From assembly GCA_963836185.1 (NCBI GenBank), contig CAWIIQ010000003.1, positions 192,001-256,000 of the forward strand: a stretch of DNA of 64,000 bases. Direction: 5' to 3'. Position numbers and translations under genes: made by a program. The stretch comes from Candidatus Krumholzibacteriia bacterium (lineage in GTDB: Bacteria; Krumholzibacteriota; Krumholzibacteriia; Krumholzibacteriales; Krumholzibacteriaceae). The notes below the pieces were generated by a model that ran no database searches, had not been told where the DNA came from, and saw only the letters and a program-made list of their open reading frames with translations. Shown one piece after another: positions 1 through 8,718 of this stretch (within the stretch, counting starts at the first letter, position 1; each line of letters opens with the position of its first letter).

Positions 1-280
1 TCCTCCCGATATCTGGACCCTCTATCTGATCCGGAACGGCACGATGCCGGCCCGGAAATTCCCTGCTCGTCTCAACCTGTCTCAAACCGGCAGGATATCG
101 TCCACCTGCCTTTGACGCAATGACAGTCCCTCTTGCGGCGCGATTCCCCGAAAGTGCCTGCCGGACGGGGAACCCGGTCATTTCACCCGTATCTTAAATC
201 GTGCTTTCCCGGTACTGTCAACAGGTTTTTCACAGGGGACTTACAAGATGCATGCCAGCGGCCCGGCGGAATCTACTATG

Positions 281-1288
281 TCACTTTTCCAGAAGACGTT
301 CCGCGCGCTTCATCAGCTCGGGGATCGGAAGGTTGTAGGGGCATTTTTCAAGGCACTCGCCGCATTCGGTGCAGTCGCTGTATTTCATCTTCTGGGTCTC
401 CATCCTTGAGATTGCCCAGTCTTTAAGCTCGTATCGGTTGTAGTACCCCTCGAGCAGAAGAAGGAATGGTATGTTCAGGCCGGACGGGCAGGGCATGCAG
501 TATCCGCACCGGCGGCAGAAAAGCTCACCCCACGCCTCTTTTTCCGCGACGAGCCTGTCGAGCTCTCCCGTGGAGGGGGGCGCGAGGTCTCCAGCCGTTA
601 TGTTCTCGTCGACCTGTTCGACTGCATCCATGCCGGGGATAGATATGTCTATCCCCCGGGTGAGAGTGAACCTTATCGCGGGGGCCACATCGGCCAGGGC
701 TCCGCCTGCGACAGGCTTCATCCCGATCGTGCCCATCCCCGCTCTGCGCGCGGCGGGAAGGACCTCGTCCTCCCACTCCGTCTCTATCGCGTTGAACGGG
801 AGCTGGACCGTGTCGAACTTTCCAAGGCCGGCCGCGTGGAGAAGGATGTCCCTCGAATGGCCGGTGATACCGATCCATCTGACCTTGCCTTCCTCGCGCG
901 CCCTGGCCAGTGTCTCGTAGGCGCCGCCTGGACCCAGGACCCTCTCGAGCTGCTGCATGTTGCCGACCGCGTGGAACTGGTAGAGATCGATCATCTCCGT
1001 CCGGAGGTTCCGCAGGCTCGTTTCCAGCTCGCCCCTCATCCCCGCCGCGTCTCTTGACATCGCCTTGGTCGCTATCCAGACCGAGTCCCTGTGACGGGCG
1101 AGGGCGCGGCCGATCTTTTCCTCGCTGTCTGTATATCCCCTGGCGGTATCGTAAAAATCTATCCCCTTGTCGAAAGCGTGCAGGAGAACGCGCTCAGCAT
1201 CGGCGAATGAGAGCCCCTGCAGGGGGATGCCGCCGAATCCGACAACGGATGCCTTTATATCAGTCTTCCCGAGTGTCCTCTTCTCCAT
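281..1288 (-). CDS. Aldo/keto reductase with C-terminal 4Fe-4S dicluster domain
   Basis: MEKRTLGKT..GFGG, YDTARGY, IATK and DLYQFH motifs; C-terminal CRRCGYCMPCP and CTECGECLEKCP. Start placed at ATG 1288, behind a GGAGG SD. Confidence 0.9.
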   Translation of the reverse strand: MEKRTLGKTDIKASVVGFGGIPLQGLSFADAERVLLHAFDKGIDFYDTARGYTDSEEKIGRALARHRDSVWIATKAMSRDAAGMRGELETSLRNLRTEMIDLYQFHAVGNMQQLERVLGPGGAYETLARAREEGKVRWIGITGHSRDILLHAAGLGKFDTVQLPFNAIETEWEDEVLPAARRAGMGTIGMKPVAGGALADVAPAIRFTLTRGIDISIPGMDAVEQVDENITAGDLAPPSTGELDRLVAEKEAWGELFCRRCGYCMPCPSGLNIPFLLLLEGYYNRYELKDWAISRMETQKMKYSDCTECGECLEKCPYNLPIPELMKRAERLLEK

Positions 1289-1411
1289 CTGCCTTCCTCC
1301 ATTGTTTTTCTTCGTTGTGACTTTCGATGGTGGTAGTATACAGGGTAAGGTTGCGGTTACGCAATGAGGAGACGACGGCTGCATGGAACGGTCAAAGAGT
1401 GGAGGTCGCCG

Positions 1412-2818
1412 GTGAAAAGGGCAAAGATCGTCTGTACGATCGGACCTGCCTCGAGAGACAGGGTAACGCTGGAAAGACTCGCCGCGGCGGGCATGAACGT
1501 CGCGCGGATCAATTTTTCACACGGAAAACACGAGGAGCACGCGGAGGTCTGCGGCCGGGTAAGGGAGCTTGGCGCCAACATCGCGGTTATGCAGGACCTT
1601 CAAGGGCCGAAGATCCGCGTGGGAGAGATCGAAGGCGAGATGGAGCTCGTCCGGGACGCGGGGCTCGTCCTGACCGCCGGGGATCCCGCGGGAAGGCCGG
1701 ACGTCATACATATCGATTATCCGAAGCTCGCCGACGAGGTGAAACCGGGGAACGACATCTTTCTCGCTGACGGCATCATCCATCTTACGGTCGTGGGGAT
1801 CGAAGGAAGAGACGTTCGCTGCAGCGTGGTCCACGGGGGGCTCCTTACCTCGCGGAAGGGGGTAAATCTTCCTGGCGTCAGCATAAGCGCACCGGCCCTT
1901 ACCGACAGGGACAGGAAGGACCTGGAATTCGGGATCGGGCTCGGCGTCGATTTCGTCGCTCTGTCCTTTGTCAGGAGTCCCGATGAGGTCATCGAACTGA
2001 GGCAGATCCTCGAGGCCGCCGGCTCGACCGCGAAGATAGTGGTGAAGATAGAGAAGCGAGAAGCTATAGACAACCTTCCCGGCATCCTTGCCGCGACTGA
2101 CGCGGTGATGATAGCGCGCGGGGACCTCGGCGTGGAGATCCCCGCCGACCAGGTCCCGGTAGTGCAGAAAGAGTTGATCGGCAAGTGCCTGTCTGCGGGA
2201 AAGCCGGTCATCACGGCGACGCAGATGCTCGAATCGATGACTGTTTCAGAGCTTCCAACGCGAGCGGAAGCGAGCGACGTCGCTAACGCCGTGCTCGACG
2301 GCAGTTCGGCTTTGATGCTCTCTGCCGAGACAGCTACCGGGAAATATCCCGTCGAGACGGTAAAGATGATGAGCCGGATAATAGAGACCGCGGAAGAATA
2401 CGCGTTAGTATCTCGGTGCGAAGAGCCCCCGGCAGGTTCCCTGGCGATGCCCGGGGCCGTGGTAGACTCGGACACCGATGCCGTCATGGCAGGAGCGGTG
2501 ATAACAGCGCGGGAAGTCGGAGCGAAGGCGATCGTCGTGCTGAGCCATTCGGGCAGGACGGCGAGGCTCGTGGCCCGGCGTCGCCCGTCGGTTCCCATTG
2601 TCGCCCTGACCGATCTCGAGCATGTCGTCAGGCAGCTATCTCTCGTCTGGGGTGTGGAGACGATCCATATAGACAACATAGCGGGAACGGAGGAGATCTT
2701 TGCCGTGATCAGGGAGAAGGTCACAGCGGCCGGCTACAGGGGGCGGATAGTGCTTACGGCCGGGATACCGACCGCGGAAAGGGCGCCCACGAACACCGTT
2801 CACGTTGTCGACGTCTGA
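1412..2818 (+). CDS. pyk: Pyruvate kinase
   Basis: KIVCTIGPAS, ARINFSHG, DLQGPKIR, MIARGDLGVE, ATQMLESM and PTRAEASDVANA motifs. GTG start after GGAGG at 1401-1405. Confidence 0.96.
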   Translation: MKRAKIVCTIGPASRDRVTLERLAAAGMNVARINFSHGKHEEHAEVCGRVRELGANIAVMQDLQGPKIRVGEIEGEMELVRDAGLVLTAGDPAGRPDVIHIDYPKLADEVKPGNDIFLADGIIHLTVVGIEGRDVRCSVVHGGLLTSRKGVNLPGVSISAPALTDRDRKDLEFGIGLGVDFVALSFVRSPDEVIELRQILEAAGSTAKIVVKIEKREAIDNLPGILAATDAVMIARGDLGVEIPADQVPVVQKELIGKCLSAGKPVITATQMLESMTVSELPTRAEASDVANAVLDGSSALMLSAETATGKYPVETVKMMSRIIETAEEYALVSRCEEPPAGSLAMPGAVVDSDTDAVMAGAVITAREVGAKAIVVLSHSGRTARLVARRRPSVPIVALTDLEHVVRQLSLVWGVETIHIDNIAGTEEIFAVIREKVTAAGYRGRIVLTAGIPTAERAPTNTVHVVDV

Positions 2819-3042
2819 GGAAAGAAAGTTTACGCGAGAGAGGCCTCCGTCAAATTATTTAATAACCGGGTCCGGTTCGCTTTCCTCCCGCCGGTCAAGG
2901 TATTACCTCTCCAGAACAGCCTCAATCCCAACGCCAGAATCTTCGCTTATGCTTGTCAGGCAGCAGGTTACACCGTTTTTCAACAGGAAGCCGGCGGCTC
3001 CCCGCGCACCGCCCGGTCGGGCTCCTCGCCATTGCCGGAAAT

Positions 3043-3058
3043 TGGCACGGATATTGAT
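3043..3058 (+). promoter_or_regulatory. Putative sigma54 (-24/-12) promoter
   Basis: TGGCACG-GATA-TTGAT versus consensus TGGCACG-N4-TTGCW; one mismatch, at -12. Confidence 0.55.
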
Positions 3059-3069
3059 GATAAGGTACT

Positions 3070-3245
3070 GTTAACCTGTGGTTGAGCCCGCGGAAACTCT
3101 TTGATGAACGGGGCCTCCCCCCCCTACGTTAAGAGAAGGCTCTTCAGGTTGTCACATAGCCGAAGGGGGCAAGAGCAGCAGGAACGCAAGACTAAGCCTT
3201 CGGGACCTGGGGACGGACTCTATTTGGGTCCGTCCTTTTTCTTTG
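3070..3245 (+). ncRNA. Candidate structured small RNA (family unknown)
   Basis: Lies between the sigma54-like promoter and an intrinsic terminator. Nested stems AACCTG/CAGGTT, GAGCC/GGCTC, CTCTT/AAGAG, AACG/CGTT, plus a second stem CCGAAGG/CCTTCGG. No credible ORF. Confidence 0.5.
3211..3244 (+). terminator. Rho-independent terminator
   Basis: GGACGGAC..GTCCGTCC hairpin followed by TTTTTCTTT. Confidence 0.8.
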
Positions 3246-3272
3246 CCCCGGCCAATTTTTTCCCTGAACCTG

Positions 3273-3301
3273 TAGACAAATGGGGCTGTATTGTTTAGAT
3301 T
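3273..3301 (+). promoter_or_regulatory. Putative sigma70 promoter of the cit-pck operon
   Basis: TAGACA-17 nt-TAGATT. Confidence 0.35.
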
Positions 3302-3430
3302 ATCGGCTGGTACGGCGGCCGGCCGGTCGCTGACTGCGATTTCACCTTGTGAGGAAGGGAATGGACTCCCCCTTATCACGAAGGAAGAAGTGGCTGACTC
3401 ACCCTTTACGATCAATCCCGGAAGTGGACA

Positions 3431-4648
3431 ATGAGTGATTCTGTGCAGACCCGTGCCGGCAGGGAAGGCAAGAAAAGCGATCTTGCTGTTCTTCTGACGG
3501 AAAAGGACGCCGGCGGCATCGACGTATCTGTCAAAAGCTCCGTCGGTCACATGTTCGGAAGCCAGATCGAGAAGACTGCGGTGGATACACTCGTGGCTCT
3601 CGGCATCGAGAACTGCGAAGCGGTTATCGACGACATGGGGGCATTCGATTACGTCATCATGGCGAGGATCGAAGCAGCCGCCAGAAGAATGCGGAAGATA
3701 GACGGTCCCGGGTGCATCCCGGAACGCAAGGTCGAATACGGCCCGCCCAGGAAAGAGATGCTGCGCAGGACCCGTCTCTACATGCCGGGCAACAACCCGG
3801 ACCTGATGCGCAATGGCGGTCTCTACGGCGCCGACAGCGTTATCCTCGACCTGGAGGATTCTGTCTCTCCGGGCGAGAAGGACGCCGCGAGGATACTGGT
3901 CCGCAATACTCTCCTCACGATCGACTATTTCGACTGCGAACGCATCGTCAGGATCAACCCCCTCTCTACAGAGTACGGGGCTGACGATATCGAGATGATA
4001 GTCCCTTACGGCGTCGATACGATTCTCGTGCCGAAGTGCGAGAGCGCCGGGGATATAAAGGCCGTCGAAGAGATGATCGCGGAACAGGAAAAGAAACATT
4101 CACTCGGATACGAAGTCCTTATAATGCCGCTTATCGAGACGGCCAGGGGAATACTGAACGCATACGAGATCGGAGCCGCAAGCGACCGTGTCGTAGCGCT
4201 CTGCTTCGGGGCGGAAGACTTCACAGCCGACATCGGCGCCGAAAGGACGAAGGAAGGGAAGGAGAGCTTTACTGCCAGGTCGATGCTCGTGCTCGGAGCC
4301 AAGGCGGCGGGAGTACAGGTAATAGACACGGTCTTCTCCGATGTCCAGGACGAGGAGGGCCTTATCGCCAGCACGCAGGAGGCGATGGCTCTCGGGTTCG
4401 AAGGCAAGGGGGTCATCCACCCGGCCCAGATCAAGCCGATACATGCCGTTTTCAGCCCGGCCCCCGAGCGTATCGAGTACGCCAGAAAGGTCGTGGCGGC
4501 GATAGAAAAGGCCCGCTCGGAAGGGAGCGGAGTTGCGACAATAGGAAGCAAGATGATAGATGCGCCTATCGAGACGAGAGCCAGGAAGATCCTGAGACTT
4601 GCCGAGGCGCTGGGGCTGCTCGAAGACGAGACAGGGGGAGGATCATGA
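3431..4648 (+). CDS. citE: Citrate lyase ACP (CitD-like) fused to citryl-CoA lyase beta subunit (CitE)
   Basis: N-terminal ~87 aa resemble CitD (S.VGHMFG..I, DDMGAFDYVIMARIEAA). The rest has CitE motifs: RRTRLYMPGNNP, ILDLEDSV, VRIN, LIETARG, FGAEDF, GKGVIHPAQI, MIDAP. Confidence 0.9.
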   Translation: MSDSVQTRAGREGKKSDLAVLLTEKDAGGIDVSVKSSVGHMFGSQIEKTAVDTLVALGIENCEAVIDDMGAFDYVIMARIEAAARRMRKIDGPGCIPERKVEYGPPRKEMLRRTRLYMPGNNPDLMRNGGLYGADSVILDLEDSVSPGEKDAARILVRNTLLTIDYFDCERIVRINPLSTEYGADDIEMIVPYGVDTILVPKCESAGDIKAVEEMIAEQEKKHSLGYEVLIMPLIETARGILNAYEIGAASDRVVALCFGAEDFTADIGAERTKEGKESFTARSMLVLGAKAAGVQVIDTVFSDVQDEEGLIASTQEAMALGFEGKGVIHPAQIKPIHAVFSPAPERIEYARKVVAAIEKARSEGSGVATIGSKMIDAPIETRARKILRLAEALGLLEDETGGGS

Positions 4649-6195
4649 AGATGGTCCCTAACTCTCTGGGACGCATGGTCCCCGAGGAAATAGACGGCAG
4701 GAAGCTCAAGCCCTTCATGGGCGCGCACGCTGATCACGGCGGCGGCCGCAAGGCGGCACCCCCGATAAAGGCGGTCCCCGATTACGCGGACAAGATGAGG
4801 GCCTCGCTGGACGAAGCGATCGACGCGTGCGAGATAAAGGACGGGATGACAGTCTCGTTCCACCATCATCTGAGAAACGGCGATTACGTGATCAATATGG
4901 TCGTAGACAAGCTCGCCGAACGCGGGCTGAAAGACCTCAGGATCTTTCCCTCGGCGCTTTTCCCTGTCCACGAGCCGCTTATTAAGCATATTGAGAACGG
5001 CGTCATCTCCCACATCGAGGGATCGATGAACGGCCCGGTCGGGCGAGCCTGCTCGCTCGGAAAGATGTCGAAGACATGTGTTCTCCGCTCGCACGGCGGA
5101 AGGTACAGGGCCATCCAGGATGGCGATGTGCATATCGACGCGGCCTTTATCGCCGCGCCGGCCGCCGACCATTTCGGTAACTGCAACGGGCACAGCGGCC
5201 CTTCGGCCTGCGGCGTGATGGGATACGCGCTTGCCGATTCGCTCTACGCCGAGAAGACGGTCGTCCTCACAGACAACCTTCAGCCCTTCCCCGTATTTCC
5301 ATGGGTGATCAAGGGCGGGAACGTCGACCATGTCTGCACCGTTGACAGGCTGGGGGATCCGGAGCAGATAATCTCCGGTACGACAAAGATAACACGCTCC
5401 CCGACCAGGCAGCTGATCGCCGAATACGCGGCGAGATTCGTGAAGGACATCGGCTTGCTCGATGAGCCCGATTTCACGTTCCAGTCAGGCGCGGGCGGGA
5501 TATCGCTGGCCTTCCTCAAATATCTCGGCGACATCATGAGGGAAACGGGCGTCGTGGCGAGGTTCGCTCGAGGCGGATCGAACAAGTACCTCGTCGACAT
5601 GCTCGAGGAAGGGCTGATAGAGTACATCCTCGACGGTCAGTGTTTCGACCTCGTAGGGGTAAGGTCGCTCGGTGAGAACCTGAGGCATCTTGAGACCGAC
5701 CCGTTTACGTCTTACTGTTATCATACGAAGGGCAATTTCGCGCCTCTGGTAAAGCTCGGTATCCTGGGTGCGACCGAGATAGACACGGATTTCAACGTCA
5801 ACGTCAATACCCACACCGACGGCTGGCTTCTGCACGGCATCGGCGGCTTCACCGATGTGACCGACTCTCAGATCACCATGATAACGGCCCCTCTGCTTCG
5901 AGGGAGGCTGCCGGTGATCACGGACAGCGTCACGACGGTAACCGCTCCCGGCGAGGTCATCGACGTCCTCGTCACGGAACGAGGCGTGGCGGTAAACCCG
6001 GCGCGCGAAGATATACTCGCGCGGCTCAAGGGGAGCGACCTGCCCGTAAGGACGATCGATGAGATGAGAGATATGGCTGTCGGCCTCTCCGGCCTTCCCG
6101 ATAAACCGGAGTACGAGGACAGGGTCGTGGCTCTGATCGAATGGCGGGACGGCACGGTTATTGATACGGTCAGACAGCTTAAGGCGCAGGAATAG
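4645..6195 (+). CDS. citF: Citrate lyase alpha subunit / citrate CoA-transferase
   Basis: DGMTVSFHHHLRNGD, RSHGGR, FQSGAGG, LGATEIDTDFNVNV, VTERGVAVNP and WRDGTVID motifs. ATGA overlap with the citE stop codon. Confidence 0.93.
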   Translation: MKMVPNSLGRMVPEEIDGRKLKPFMGAHADHGGGRKAAPPIKAVPDYADKMRASLDEAIDACEIKDGMTVSFHHHLRNGDYVINMVVDKLAERGLKDLRIFPSALFPVHEPLIKHIENGVISHIEGSMNGPVGRACSLGKMSKTCVLRSHGGRYRAIQDGDVHIDAAFIAAPAADHFGNCNGHSGPSACGVMGYALADSLYAEKTVVLTDNLQPFPVFPWVIKGGNVDHVCTVDRLGDPEQIISGTTKITRSPTRQLIAEYAARFVKDIGLLDEPDFTFQSGAGGISLAFLKYLGDIMRETGVVARFARGGSNKYLVDMLEEGLIEYILDGQCFDLVGVRSLGENLRHLETDPFTSYCYHTKGNFAPLVKLGILGATEIDTDFNVNVNTHTDGWLLHGIGGFTDVTDSQITMITAPLLRGRLPVITDSVTTVTAPGEVIDVLVTERGVAVNPAREDILARLKGSDLPVRTIDEMRDMAVGLSGLPDKPEYEDRVVALIEWRDGTVIDTVRQLKAQE

Positions 6196-6218
6196 GACCC
6201 TGTGCGGGAGGAAGTCAA

Positions 6219-8156
6219 TTGAGCACCAGTGACGGTGCCCTCGCGAGGGTGCTTGCCGCGAAGATCAATGCCCTGGCCGAAGAGAAGGGCAGTTTCATAA
6301 GCGACCGTGACGAGATATTCAAGCTCGCCCTGAAGGACAAGGTCACGCTGGAGACAAGAGGGACCGAAGACACCCTCGACAGTTTCGGCAGCCCGGCGTT
6401 CGTCACGAAGAAGACGAGCAGGTCGGCCGCGATGACCGAGATATTATTCGGCGATCCCGATGAGCGCCAGGCGAATATCCTCCGCGGGGCCTTCGAATAC
6501 CTCGAGAAGCATATCGAGGCGGGCGGCAAGCTCCTCGTGATGGACAAGCTGATGGGCCTGCATCCCGAGCATTCATATCACTGCAGGACGATACTCACTC
6601 CTGAATACGCGCGGCTCCTGGTAATGTGGGACAAGCTGATCTTCGACCTCCCCGCCGACCGCGCCGGGAACGAACCGGACCAGGTCCAGGTGATGATACC
6701 CGAATGGGGAGAGTACGCCGCAGGGAAAGAGCTGCCTGCCGTAAGCATACTTGCCGACGCGGAAAACATGGCCACGTGGGCACTGGGCAGCGACTATTTC
6801 GGAGAGATCAAGAAGGGCCATCTGCGGATGGCGATGTACCGCGAGAAGGTCCTCATGAAAGAGGGCAGGGGCGGCGGCCTCGGCATCCATGCGGGCGGCA
6901 AGCTGATAAAGGCGAGAGACGAGGCCAGCGGAGAGCTCGTCGAGAAGGGCGCGATCTTCTTCGGCCTCAGCGGAACGGGAAAGACGACACTGTCGGTCCA
7001 CCATTTCTGGCTCGACCCCGAAAAGGGCGAGACAGTCGTGATAAGGCAGGACGACTTCTTCTCCCTCTCCCCTGACGCGCAGGCGTTCGGTACCGAGGAC
7101 AACGCGTATATCAAGACCGAGGGGCTCGAGGGAGAGGGCCAGCCCCTTCTCTACGCAGGGGCAACCAGCCCCCATGCGGCCCTCGAGAATGTATATGTCG
7201 ACCCGGAGACGAAGGAAGTCGATTTCTTCAGGTACGATCATCCTTTCGTGCCGGGCGGCAAATGTCTTAACGGCCGGGGCGTCGTTATCAGGCGCGAACT
7301 CGATTTCACAGACGACAAGGTAGACCTCGATCATGTCGACATGATCTTCTTTATCACCAGGCGCGAGACGATAGTCCCGCCCCTTTCCAGGCTCAGCACC
7401 AGACAGGCGGCGGCCTTCTTCATGCTCGGCGAGTCGATCCTCACTTCGGCGGCCGATCCGACGAAGGCGGGCCAGTCGGTCCGGTCTGTCGGGACAAATC
7501 CCTTCATCGTCGGTTCGGAAGGCGAGGAGGGAAGCATCTTCTACGATATCCTCAAGAAGAACCCGGGGATACAGTGCTTCCTCTTCAACACGGGCGGCTT
7601 CGGTGGCAGGCAGGTCGATGTAGAGAGGGAGCTTCTTTCCAATCCCGGCGCGATGGAGATCCTCCGCAGGTACCTCGGCGGCTTCTGGCACCTCGACAAG
7701 GGCCTGGGAATAAAGAGAGAGCTTCTCGACAATACCGAGGAGTGGTTCCGCGTCAATCAGGTACGTTTCGAACTGATCGACCACGGCGAGACGCGCCTGT
7801 CGATGAAAGAGGATATCGAGAGAGTCTTCGAGGATATCGAGAGCGGCCGGAAGGACGCAGCCGATTACGAGCTTGTAAAGACGTACTGTCTCGCCGGGCA
7901 GAAGGTCCGGATCCAGGATTCCGCCGCGCTGATCAGGGAGATCGCACGAGGAAGGATCAAATGGACCACGGAGGACTACTGGGGGTATGAGGTACCGACC
8001 GAAGTGCCCGGCCTCGACCTGCACCGGTTCGACGAGCACCGTTACTATCACGACGGCGAGATAAAGAAGCTCAAGGACCAGCTGAAGGAAGAGCGCCTCG
8101 AGTGGCTCCACTCCTTCGACGATCTCGATCCTGAGATAAAGAATATATTCGGGTAG
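6219..8156 (+). CDS. pckA: Phosphoenolpyruvate carboxykinase (ATP), with a ~96-aa insertion
   Basis: YFGEIKKG, HAG, FFGLSGTGKTTLS (P-loop), QDD, ENV, NGR and FNTG motifs. TTG start. Confidence 0.85.
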   Translation: MSTSDGALARVLAAKINALAEEKGSFISDRDEIFKLALKDKVTLETRGTEDTLDSFGSPAFVTKKTSRSAAMTEILFGDPDERQANILRGAFEYLEKHIEAGGKLLVMDKLMGLHPEHSYHCRTILTPEYARLLVMWDKLIFDLPADRAGNEPDQVQVMIPEWGEYAAGKELPAVSILADAENMATWALGSDYFGEIKKGHLRMAMYREKVLMKEGRGGGLGIHAGGKLIKARDEASGELVEKGAIFFGLSGTGKTTLSVHHFWLDPEKGETVVIRQDDFFSLSPDAQAFGTEDNAYIKTEGLEGEGQPLLYAGATSPHAALENVYVDPETKEVDFFRYDHPFVPGGKCLNGRGVVIRRELDFTDDKVDLDHVDMIFFITRRETIVPPLSRLSTRQAAAFFMLGESILTSAADPTKAGQSVRSVGTNPFIVGSEGEEGSIFYDILKKNPGIQCFLFNTGGFGGRQVDVERELLSNPGAMEILRRYLGGFWHLDKGLGIKRELLDNTEEWFRVNQVRFELIDHGETRLSMKEDIERVFEDIESGRKDAADYELVKTYCLAGQKVRIQDSAALIREIARGRIKWTTEDYWGYEVPTEVPGLDLHRFDEHRYYHDGEIKKLKDQLKEERLEWLHSFDDLDPEIKNIFG

Positions 8157-8172
8157 GTTCCGCCGGCCGCGC

Positions 8173-8706
8173 TCAGGCTTCGGCGGCGATGATGGCGTTG
8201 ACCTTCTCGATGATCTCGTTCGCGACGCGCTCGGCGTCCGCCATGACGGAGGCCGACGTCACCGCGTCAAACTTCAGCCCCTCCATGTCCGGTTTCCAGT
8301 CCCCGTTACCTGAGGTGAAGAGCACCACCATGCCGGTGAGCTCCGCGTTCTTTTTCAGGAAGGCTTCCGTCGTGGAGTCGACGCCCCAGGCGATGCACTT
8401 TGTCATCACGATTATCGCTGAGTATTTCGAGACCTCCTCGTTCTTGAGCTGGTCTATGCCGATAAACTTGACGTAGACAGGCCTGTTCCGCAGCGATTCC
8501 CCGATCCTTCCGGCGACCTCCACCTTGAAATCGCTGTCTCGTGACGCGATAAGGATCTTTGTGACTGACACATCCTCGCCGACCTCGTACGCGGCGATAT
8601 CGGACTGCGGCACGACCTTGCGCCCGACAGAGCAGGCTGTCATCAACAGAGGAAAAATCAGTAACAATGGGATGAGTACGGGAGTTTTGAGCCTTGTTCT
8701 CTTCAT
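8173..8706 (-). CDS. Lipoprotein, flavodoxin-like alpha/beta fold
   Basis: Lipobox LMTAC; KILIAS, VLFTSGNGDW and DAVTSAS segments. Confidence 0.65.
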   Translation of the reverse strand: MKRTRLKTPVLIPLLLIFPLLMTACSVGRKVVPQSDIAAYEVGEDVSVTKILIASRDSDFKVEVAGRIGESLRNRPVYVKFIGIDQLKNEEVSKYSAIIVMTKCIAWGVDSTTEAFLKKNAELTGMVVLFTSGNGDWKPDMEGLKFDAVTSASVMADAERVANEIIEKVNAIIAAEA

Positions 8707-8718
8707 CGCCCGATTCCA

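Noticed and set aside
3070-3245. 6S RNA, SRP RNA or tRNA
   Set aside because: No end-to-end closing stem with a central bubble, no SRP loop motif and no cloverleaf; left as an unknown sRNA candidate.
3308-3430. Riboswitch in the cit operon leader
   Set aside because: Some pairing is possible, but there is no recognisable aptamer or expression platform.
4036-4644. 203-aa N-terminal extension of the citF ORF
   Set aside because: It overlaps citE in another frame; the real start is ATG 4645, with an SD and an ATGA overlap.
7608-7895. Intein in PEPCK
   Set aside because: No splicing residues at either end of the insert.
6573-8111. Long antisense ORFs (also 4006-5331, 46494-47666, 50970-52301)
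   Set aside because: Shadow ORFs produced by GC-rich codon bias opposite well-supported genes; they show no motifs.
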